This document shows, in pieces, positions 1 to 6,732 of a stretch of 11,721 nucleotides of DNA. The notes below the pieces were generated by a model that did not search any database, had not been told where the DNA came from, and was given only the letters and a program-made list of their open reading frames with translations. The stretch is from Vulcanimicrobiaceae bacterium. GTDB taxonomy: Bacteria > Vulcanimicrobiota > Vulcanimicrobiia > Vulcanimicrobiales > Vulcanimicrobiaceae. The number at the start of each line of letters is the position of its first letter. Within the stretch, counting starts at the first letter, position 1. Position numbers and translations under genes: made by a program. The stretch spans positions 1-11,721 of the forward strand of contig JBHEMM010000004.1 in the NCBI GenBank assembly GCA_046262595.1. Direction: 5' to 3'.

Positions 1-1
1 C

Positions 2-334
2 GGTTTAAAGCACCGCCGCAAAGTCATGAAGCTCGTCAAGGGCTTCCGCGCCGCACGCCGCCGCAACTATCGCGTCGCGAACGAAGCGCTGCTTCACTCG
101 CTCTCGTACGCCTATCGCGACCGGCGCGTGCGCAAGCGCGACTTCCGCGCTCTATGGATCAGCCGGATCAACGCCGCGGTGCGCAAAGAAGGGCTGACGT
201 ACTCGGTGTTCATGAGCGGCTTGAAAAAGAGCGGCGTCATGCTGAACCGTAAGGCGCTGGCCGAGCTGGCCGTTTCCGACGGTGCCGCTTTCCGTTCGCT
301 CACCCAAAGCGTAAAGCAGGCAAGCGGAAAGTAG
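2..334 (+). CDS. rplT: 50S ribosomal protein L20 (5'-truncated by window edge)
   Basis: The frame is open from base 2 (GLKHRRKVMKLVKGFR...), so ATG 26 is internal. It contains the L20 signatures YAYRDRRVRKRDFRALWISRINAA and LNRKALAELA. Stop TAG at 332-334. Confidence 0.97.
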   Translation, partial: GLKHRRKVMKLVKGFRAARRRNYRVANEALLHSLSYAYRDRRVRKRDFRALWISRINAAVRKEGLTYSVFMSGLKKSGVMLNRKALAELAVSDGAAFRSLTQSVKQASGK

Positions 335-361
335 ATTAGCGGCGACGAGCCGTCTCGCTTA

Positions 362-391
362 AAAAAAGCGTCGCACGAGCGGCGCTTTTTT
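362..391 (+). terminator. Intrinsic terminator after rplT (A-tract/stem/T-tract, potentially bidirectional)
   Basis: AAAAAA-GCGTCGC(368-374)-ACGA-GCGGCGC(379-385)-TTTTTT: a 7-bp stem with one G-U pair, a 4-nt loop and a U-tract. Confidence 0.88.
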
Positions 392-466
392 CGTGTCCAA
401 GTCTTAATCGAACCTTGCCGGAACGCTCGCGGAGTCTGGGCGCGGAGGACGAACAACCCCGGGAGC

Positions 467-2899
467 ATGCAGACGAGCGCGTTCGAGGTTTACGTCCTCG
501 GGCTATTAGCCGTTCTCGAACGGCTTCCGGTTCCTATTGCCATTGCGTTCGACCCGCAATGCGAACGCGTGCAGGGCAACCGTGCATTCCGGCGCCTGGC
601 CGGCCTGAGCACCACGGAGAATGCTTCTCCAGGGGGGCACGAGCGCCGTATCCAGCGTTATCACTTCATGAACGGCGCCGGCCGCCTGACTGCGGAACAG
701 CTGCCGATGCGGCGCGCGGCAACCGCGGCGGAAGACGTGCTGGACGTTCCGGTGCAAATGGTGCGCCACGACGGAACGCAATTCGCCTTGATCGCCTCCG
801 CCTGGCCTCTGCGCGATCCGAGCGGCGTTATCGAAGGCAGCATTGCCGTTTTCGTAGACGTCACGCAAAACACGCAAGCGGAGCAGCGGGCCGAACAGGC
901 GATGCGGGCATTGCGGGAATCCGAGCGCCGCTACCGGCTCATCACCGAAGCGATGCCCGAATTCGTGTGGCTGGACGCGCCCGACGGAAGCGCGATCTAT
1001 TCGAACCGCCGCTGGCTCGAGTACACCGGCCTGACCGAAGAGCAGAACGAAGGGCTGGGCTGGCAGCGCGTCGTGCATCCGGACGATCAGGCGCGCCTCG
1101 AAACGCAGCGCGCGCGCACTTTAGAAACCGGCGAACCTTATGAGGGCGAATGCCGCTACCGCGGCAAGGATGGAAAGTACCGCTGGTTTCTCTTCCGCTC
1201 GATCCCGGTCCGTGAAGAAGGCGGTGAGATCACGAGCTGGCTGGGCACGGCGACGGACATCGACAAACAAAAGCGCGCGGAGGCGCAGCAGGCGTTCTTC
1301 GCGCTTGCCAGCGATCTGCTTGGCTCGACGTTAGACGTCGGCACGACGCTCGAACGGATCGCGCGTCTGGCGATCGATACGCTGGGGACATGGTGCCAAA
1401 TCGATCTTCCCGCGGCCGACGGTGCCCTGCGCGTCGCGGTGGTGGCTCATGCGGATCCGGGCAAGAAAAAAGATCTCTCCCAGCTCGTCGGCGCGCGCAT
1501 CTACGACAACGCCGCGCCCTTCGGTCCGCCTGCCGTGCTGCGCACCGGAAAGCCGCAGCTGCTCTCGCATATCAGCGAAGACGCCGTCCGTAAGACGATT
1601 CCGTCGCAAGACCATCGCGACGTCTACGCGCGGATCGGATACGAGGGCGGGTTGCTGGTGCCGCTGCGCTGCGGCGAACGGGTGCTCGGCGTTCTGGGGA
1701 TCGCTTCGGACGACACGACGCGCCTCTATACCGATTTCGACGTCGCGACGGCGCTGGAACTGGGAAGACGCGGCGCAAGCGCCCTGGAAAACGCGCAATC
1801 GTATGCGCGCGAGCACCGCGTTGCAACGACGCTGCAGCGCGCGCTGCTTCCCGTATCTCTTCCTTCGAACGCGCAGTTGCGTTTCGATTCCGCATACGCT
1901 TCGGAAACAGTCGACGAAGGCGAAGCCGTCGGAGGCGATTGGTACGACGCATTCGCACTGGACGAGGACCGCATCGCCGTTTCGATGGGCGACGTCGCCG
2001 GCCACGGAGTCGATGCGGCTGTGACGATGAGCACGGTGCGCCAAGCGATTCGCGCGGCGGCGATCGGCGGACACACGGTCTGCGAGGTGCTTGCGCGCGC
2101 GAACGCCATGATCGCCTTGGAGCGGCGCGCGACCATGGTCACCGCGTTGTTCGGCGTTTTCGATTGCCGCACGAAAGCGTTCACGTATGCGCTTGCCGGC
2201 CATCCGCGGCCGTTGATGGCGTGCGACAACGGCGAGTTTCGCGTGCTGCCCGGTTCCGGTCCGCCGCTCGGAGATGCATTCGATCCCGCGCTTTGCCACG
2301 AGCACAGCATCACCGTGCAAGGCAATGCCGCGATCGTTTTTTACACCGACGGACTGATCGAATATTCGCGCGATCTGATTGGCGCGAGCAAACGGCTTGA
2401 GAAGATCGTGAGCGAACGCTACTTTTTGTCCGAGGAGCGCCCCGCACAGGCGATCATCGATTTCATGCTCGACGCGCCGCAACGCGACGACATTGCGGTG
2501 CTTGTCATGACCATCGGGGATCTGCAGCAAGCGGAGATGCATGTGAGCATGCCCGCGCGCGGCCGCTCCGCTCCCGTTCTGCGCGCACGCTTGCGCGCGT
2601 TCGCAAAAGCGCAGGGCGTGCCGGACGAACAGATGTTCCGCATGCTCAACGCGGCCGGCGAAGCGATCGCCAACGCAATCGAACATGCCTATGACGGCGA
2701 AGAAGGGCCCGTTTCGCTTCGCGCACAGCGCGATGGCGAGGGGTTTTGCATCGAGGTGTCCGACCGCGGCGCGTGGCGCGAACCACGCCCTTCCGGCAAC
2801 GGCCTGCGGGGCCGCGGGCGCGCCATCATGCAATCGCTCGTGCGCGAGATGGACGTCGAATCGCAAGCCGGCGGGACGACGGTTCGTCTGCAGTTTTAA
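467..2899 (+). CDS. PAS/PAS-PAC/GAF sensor fused to SpoIIE-type PP2C phosphatase and C-terminal RsbW-like HATPase_c domain
   Basis: 810 aa. PAS-PAC: YSNRRWLEYTG...VHPDD...YRWFL...WLGTATDID. GAF region ends LELGRRGASALENA. PP2C metal motifs: VGGDWYD, GDVAGHG, FYTDGLIE, DDIAVL. HATPase boxes: EAIANAIEHAY, EVSDRG, GRGR, GTTV. The start is uncertain because there is no well-spaced SD. Confidence 0.92.
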   Translation: MQTSAFEVYVLGLLAVLERLPVPIAIAFDPQCERVQGNRAFRRLAGLSTTENASPGGHERRIQRYHFMNGAGRLTAEQLPMRRAATAAEDVLDVPVQMVRHDGTQFALIASAWPLRDPSGVIEGSIAVFVDVTQNTQAEQRAEQAMRALRESERRYRLITEAMPEFVWLDAPDGSAIYSNRRWLEYTGLTEEQNEGLGWQRVVHPDDQARLETQRARTLETGEPYEGECRYRGKDGKYRWFLFRSIPVREEGGEITSWLGTATDIDKQKRAEAQQAFFALASDLLGSTLDVGTTLERIARLAIDTLGTWCQIDLPAADGALRVAVVAHADPGKKKDLSQLVGARIYDNAAPFGPPAVLRTGKPQLLSHISEDAVRKTIPSQDHRDVYARIGYEGGLLVPLRCGERVLGVLGIASDDTTRLYTDFDVATALELGRRGASALENAQSYAREHRVATTLQRALLPVSLPSNAQLRFDSAYASETVDEGEAVGGDWYDAFALDEDRIAVSMGDVAGHGVDAAVTMSTVRQAIRAAAIGGHTVCEVLARANAMIALERRATMVTALFGVFDCRTKAFTYALAGHPRPLMACDNGEFRVLPGSGPPLGDAFDPALCHEHSITVQGNAAIVFYTDGLIEYSRDLIGASKRLEKIVSERYFLSEERPAQAIIDFMLDAPQRDDIAVLVMTIGDLQQAEMHVSMPARGRSAPVLRARLRAFAKAQGVPDEQMFRMLNAAGEAIANAIEHAYDGEEGPVSLRAQRDGEGFCIEVSDRGAWREPRPSGNGLRGRGRAIMQSLVREMDVESQAGGTTVRLQF

Positions 2900-2922
2900 A
2901 CCGCCGCCGGCTCGCAGGCGTA
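2897..2922 (+). promoter_or_regulatory. Candidate ECF-type promoter upstream of the sigma gene
   Basis: TAAACC(2897-2902)-N16-CGTA(2919-2922) resembles the AAC...CGT pattern of ECF promoters such as B. subtilis SigW (TGAAAC-N16-CGTA). ECF genes are often autoregulated. Confidence 0.4.
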
Positions 2923-2952
2923 CTTCCTGCATGACCGGAACAGCGTGCAAGC

Positions 2953-3489
2953 ATGGACGAAGCGAGCTTAGCGCAAGCGTTTGCGCGCCGCGAACCATGG
3001 GCTTTTGATGAAGCGTTCCGGCGTTACGGTTCGCTGCTTTTTTCCGTCGCGCTCAACGTTCTGCACTCGCCCGAAGATGCGGAAGACTGCGTGCACGACG
3101 TCGCCGTGCGCGTTTGGAAGCGCCCCGGCGCCTTCGTACTGGAACGCGGCTCCGTTCGTGCATTTCTGGCCGTTTGCGTGCGCAACGAAGCCGTCTCGCG
3201 CGCGCGCACGGCATCACGCCGCGGCGCGCTGCTCAAACGCTTGGATGCGTCTCCCGAGCCGGCCGAAGAATTCGACATTCCGGACCATCTCGAACAGGCT
3301 CGCGTACGCGACGCGCTCGCGGCGCTGCCGCCCGAACAGCGCGATGCGCTCACCCTCGCCTATTTCGGCGGGAAGACCCACGCAGAAGTCGCGAGCGTTT
3401 TGGGAGAACCGCTCGGCACGGTCAAGAGCCGCATCGCGCTCGGATTGCGAAAAATGGCGGCCGCATTGAGCGCGCAGGAAACGTTGTGA
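2953..3489 (+). CDS. ECF sigma-70 family RNA polymerase sigma factor (SigK-like)
   Basis: 178 aa. Region 2: AEDCVHDVAVRVWKRPGAF...RNEAVSRAR. Region 4: LPPEQRDALTLAYFGGKTHAEVASVLGEPLGTVKSRI. Confidence 0.95.
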   Translation: MDEASLAQAFARREPWAFDEAFRRYGSLLFSVALNVLHSPEDAEDCVHDVAVRVWKRPGAFVLERGSVRAFLAVCVRNEAVSRARTASRRGALLKRLDASPEPAEEFDIPDHLEQARVRDALAALPPEQRDALTLAYFGGKTHAEVASVLGEPLGTVKSRIALGLRKMAAALSAQETL

Positions 3490-4130
3490 ACGGCCACGCC
3501 GGCGAATCGGCCGAGCTCTACGCGATCGGATCGCTCGATGCGGCGCAGGCGGCGGCCTTCGAAGGACACGTGCGCGGATGCGCGCCATGCGCCGCCCGTA
3601 TGCGCCAAGCAGCCGAAGCGTTCGCGCAGATCGAGTCGGCTCGCGTTCGCGGCGCGGCACCGCCATCGCTCGGCCGGCGCCTGCACGGTGTGCCCCGGCA
3701 CGCGAGCCATGCGCGTCATTGGTGGACGACCGGTCTTGCCGTCGCCGCGGCGTTCGCGATATCGCTGATTCCGACGTGGGTTGCCGTGGATCGCAACCGT
3801 TGGCTGCGCAGCGCAATGAACGCTGACGAGTTGGCGCTCGCGCGCATCGCCGCGGCGCCCAGCGTGGAACGGGCGTCGTTCCTCGCGGCAGGCCGCCCGA
3901 TGGGCAAGGTGCTGTACGGGGCACGGGGCGATTGGTACTACATCTTGATCGTGCACCCCAAACGCGCGATGCAGATTGCATACGTGCATAACGGGCGCCG
4001 TGAAATGCTCGGCACGATACGTATGCACGGTTCCAGCGGCACGCTGTACCTGCCTATCGATCACCGCATGGACGAACTGGCGCTGATGGACGGCGACACC
4101 GTCGTAGCCGACGCACACCTCGCCTACTAG
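3486..4130 (+). CDS. Zinc-finger (ZAS/zf-HC2) transmembrane anti-sigma factor, RskA-like layout
   Basis: GTG start overlaps the sigma stop (GTGA 3486-3489), with AGGA upstream. 214 aa. H4...HVRGCAPC gives the HxxxCxxC motif. One hydrophobic segment (WWTTGLAVAAAFAISLIPTWVAV) precedes a beta-rich C-terminal domain. The ORF-track start at 3114 is an upstream over-extension. Confidence 0.9.
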   Translation: MNGHAGESAELYAIGSLDAAQAAAFEGHVRGCAPCAARMRQAAEAFAQIESARVRGAAPPSLGRRLHGVPRHASHARHWWTTGLAVAAAFAISLIPTWVAVDRNRWLRSAMNADELALARIAAAPSVERASFLAAGRPMGKVLYGARGDWYYILIVHPKRAMQIAYVHNGRREMLGTIRMHGSSGTLYLPIDHRMDELALMDGDTVVADAHLAY

Positions 4131-4193
4131 GGCCGCTGCTGCAGCTCGCAAGCAGCCGAAGGCTCCGGTGCGCAGCCGCCGAAGCCCGCTCGT

Positions 4194-5573
4194 ATGCACG
4201 TGCTGCCCGCTCTCGTTCTCGCCGCAATCGGCGCGCTCCCGACGCCCGTGCCGGTCGACGCGGCGCAAGCGCGCGCGATCGACGTCATCGCGCGCGGCGA
4301 ATTGCACGCGCACAGCACGCCCGGCGTCGCGATCGGCATCGTCGAAGATGGCCTGCTCATCTACGCGCACGGCTTCGGCAGTGCGGATCTTCGCCGAAAA
4401 GCAAGCGTTACGCCGCAGACGAAATTTTTCACCGGAGCGGTCAGCGAGCAGTTCTCCGTCGCATCGGTGCTGCTGCTCTTGCAAGATAAGAAGCTTTCAC
4501 TCACCGATCGCGTCACGCGGTTTTTGCCCGAACTCTCTTCTGAACGCGACGTCACGATCGGCCAGCTGTTGGCCCATACTTCCGGCCTGCCCGATCTTTC
4601 CGACCTTGCCGGCATACCGCATGACGTCTCGCATGCGCTGAAATGGGACGACGTGCTGCGCGTACTCAACCGCACCAAAGCGTACGCGCCTCCGGGCACG
4701 GTGTTCCGGCGCAATCGTCTTGATTCTGCGCTCGCCGGAATCATCGTGCAGCGCGCTTCCGGCGTCCCGCTCTCGGTTTTCATGCAGACGCGCATCTTCG
4801 AGCCGCTGATCATGACTTCGACGTTTCTCGCCGGCGATCAAGGCGCCGCCGGGTTCGCGCGCGGTTACGAACGCGCCGCGGGCAGATTCCGCGAAGCGCG
4901 CACGCCGGACCCGTCCTGGCTGTTCGGTTCCAATGACGTGATCTCGACCGTCGATGATTTGGCGAAGTGGGATATCGGGCTCCCGCTGCTTTTGAACGTC
5001 GACTCCGTGCGGACGATGTGGAGCTCGGTAAACGCGCCGGGAAGCGCGCTCTACGGTTTAGGATGGGTCGTCGATCAGCGCGACGGACAGACGTTTGTGT
5101 GGCGCAACGGCGTCCTGCCCGGCTACCACGCGATGAACGCCATGCTGCCCGAGGAGCATGTCGCCGTCATCGTTCTGAGCAATGCCGGTTCGCCGAACGC
5201 CGTATCGTCCGTGTCACCGGAGCGCTTGGCGAACCGCGTCTTGGATATCGTCGCGCCGGTTCCGCAGGCGCACTTCGCGAATGCGATCGTCCGGCGCGCC
5301 GGCGAATGGCTCGACCGCCTCGAACGTCTCGATATCGACCGCACGCAGCTGACGCCGGCCTTCAGCCAATACTTAAGCGACCGGGTGATTATACAAGCCG
5401 ATCTGCATTCGGAGGGGCCGCTGGAATCGATCGTTCCCGTCGAAAACTTTCAGCGTTCGGGAGACACGGTCTATGTGTTCGACGTGCGTTTCCGGCACGG
5501 CTCGATGCGCTATCAGTTCGCGCTCACGCCTGACGGAAAGATCGACGCGCTGCTGCTGCAGCCGAGCTCTTAG
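4194..5573 (+). CDS. Secreted beta-lactamase class C / serine hydrolase fold protein with degenerate catalytic motifs, plus C-terminal extra domain
   Basis: 459 aa with a signal-peptide-like N-terminus. Family scaffold motifs are present (PGVAIGIV, GFGSAD, VTIGQLLAHTSGLP, IFEPLIMTST, STVDDLAKW, YGLGW, VIVLSN). The SxxK, YxN and HxG positions are substituted. Confidence 0.88.
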   Translation: MHVLPALVLAAIGALPTPVPVDAAQARAIDVIARGELHAHSTPGVAIGIVEDGLLIYAHGFGSADLRRKASVTPQTKFFTGAVSEQFSVASVLLLLQDKKLSLTDRVTRFLPELSSERDVTIGQLLAHTSGLPDLSDLAGIPHDVSHALKWDDVLRVLNRTKAYAPPGTVFRRNRLDSALAGIIVQRASGVPLSVFMQTRIFEPLIMTSTFLAGDQGAAGFARGYERAAGRFREARTPDPSWLFGSNDVISTVDDLAKWDIGLPLLLNVDSVRTMWSSVNAPGSALYGLGWVVDQRDGQTFVWRNGVLPGYHAMNAMLPEEHVAVIVLSNAGSPNAVSSVSPERLANRVLDIVAPVPQAHFANAIVRRAGEWLDRLERLDIDRTQLTPAFSQYLSDRVIIQADLHSEGPLESIVPVENFQRSGDTVYVFDVRFRHGSMRYQFALTPDGKIDALLLQPSS

Positions 5574-5845
5574 TCGTCGCCGTTCGCTAAACGCCGGCCC
5601 GTTGCCTCAATGACTTTGCCCAGCATACTTACGGCCTCGGCGCGTGAAGCGTTGCTGAACATGTACTTGAGTTTGTCGTCGGAATCTTCGACGATCAAGA
5701 CGGCACGTTTACCGTTGCGCACTGCGGCGATGAGCTTATTGAGATAAGCTTCGTCTTCAGGGGCCAACACAGACGATGCACCGGCTTCCTTGCCTTCGCT
5801 GAGCAAATATTGTAAAACGGAATTTATATCCCGCGGAGTCTCCAC
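5570..5845 (-). CDS. Hypothetical 91-aa protein
   Basis: GTG start with a strong SD (GGAGGT, 5860-5855) about 10 nt upstream. Protein-like composition. It fills the gap between two genes, and its stop overlaps the convergent gene's stop (5570-5573). Confidence 0.8.
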   Translation of the reverse strand: METPRDINSVLQYLLSEGKEAGASSVLAPEDEAYLNKLIAAVRNGKRAVLIVEDSDDKLKYMFSNASRAEAVSMLGKVIEATGRRLANGDD

Positions 5846-5946
5846 GCGTTGATTACCTCCATGGCAGAAACCGCCACTGTTACTAAACGCAACCGTAGCA
5901 CATTCTGTGGCAACTTCGTATATGGATTATCGTCCCCTTGTACAAC

Positions 5947-6480
5947 TTACTTAACTTGGCGGCTTTCCAGCCAAAGGAGCGCGAGGACCGTTTTCATGTC
6001 CGCGATCTCGCCGCTTGCTTGCATTCGCCATGCCTGCTTGAAGCTGAATTCTGCGGCCGTAATCGCCTCGTCTTCATCGAGCTGCTGCTGGCCGGCATGC
6101 AGTCCCTGCGCGCGATAGACGTGAAGCAGCTCGGTGCAAAAGCCGGGCGTCGGATAGAGGCTGGCGAGCAGTTCGAAGCGATCGGCGGTGTAGCCGGTCT
6201 CCTCGCGCAGTTCACGGCGCGCGCCGGCTTCGCAAGACTCGCTACCCTCGGCGCTTCCCGCCGGCAATTCCCACATATATGTCCGGGCTGCGTGCCGGTA
6301 CTGCCGCACCAAAATCAAGTGCCCCGGTTGCGGCATCGCGGCGATCGTAAACGAGCCCGGATGCACGACGATGTCGAGATGATGCGTTTTGCCGTCCAGC
6401 GCGAGCGTGTCGGTACGAACCTCGAACACGCGCCCCTGAAAACGGCGCTCGGAGCGTAAAACGGCCGGCATCGGTTCCAT
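5947..6480 (-). CDS. nudF: Nudix hydrolase, ADP-ribose pyrophosphatase (NudF-like)
   Basis: Intact Nudix box GSAEGSESCEAGARRELREETGY. ADPRase-type features: IVVHPG, LVRQYR, WELPAG, downstream YPTPG, and GEIADMKT. AGGA lies upstream of the ATG. Confidence 0.85.
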   Translation of the reverse strand: MEPMPAVLRSERRFQGRVFEVRTDTLALDGKTHHLDIVVHPGSFTIAAMPQPGHLILVRQYRHAARTYMWELPAGSAEGSESCEAGARRELREETGYTADRFELLASLYPTPGFCTELLHVYRAQGLHAGQQQLDEDEAITAAEFSFKQAWRMQASGEIADMKTVLALLWLESRQVK

Positions 6481-6528
6481 GAACGTCCTATTAACGGAGA
6501 ACGCGGCGCGCGCCTCGTAGAAGCAGGC

Positions 6529-6732
6529 GTGGGCGCTTCACCAGGTTCCTCGGTCGGACGCGAATTGCTCTGGCTGTTCGTGTGGGCGGTTCTTTTTGTG
6601 GTAACCACCACCGCCATGCTGCGCTTCGTCGTTCCGCATCACTTCAATGACCGGGTTGCCGTGATGCTTTCAGCGATTTTCTCGGCGCTCGTGATGATCG
6701 CGCTTCGTGCCCGTTCCGCTCGGCGCGCATAA
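6529..6732 (+). CDS. Small two-helix membrane protein, hypothetical
   Basis: 67 aa with two hydrophobic stretches (LLWLFVWAVLFVVTTTAML; VAVMLSAIFSALVMIAL) and a basic tail. It is divergent from nudF and overlaps the TrmH-family start. Confidence 0.65.
   Translation: MGASPGSSVGRELLWLFVWAVLFVVTTTAMLRFVVPHHFNDRVAVMLSAIFSALVMIALRARSARRA

Noticed and set aside
1331..2998. 555-aa antisense ORF
   Set aside because: It is a shadow of the PP2C gene in high-GC DNA, with no motifs and an Arg/Ala-rich composition.
4135..4156. GCTGCTGC...GCAAGCAGC hairpin after the anti-sigma gene as a terminator
   Set aside because: The stem is bulged and has no U-tract, so it cannot be called an intrinsic terminator.
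3360..4484. 374-aa antisense ORF and other overlapping frames across the sigma/anti-sigma/hydrolase genes
   Set aside because: They fully overlap well-supported plus-strand genes and have no recognisable domain.
5938..6459. 173-aa plus-strand ORF opposite nudF
   Set aside because: It is an antisense shadow; the minus strand carries a complete Nudix box.
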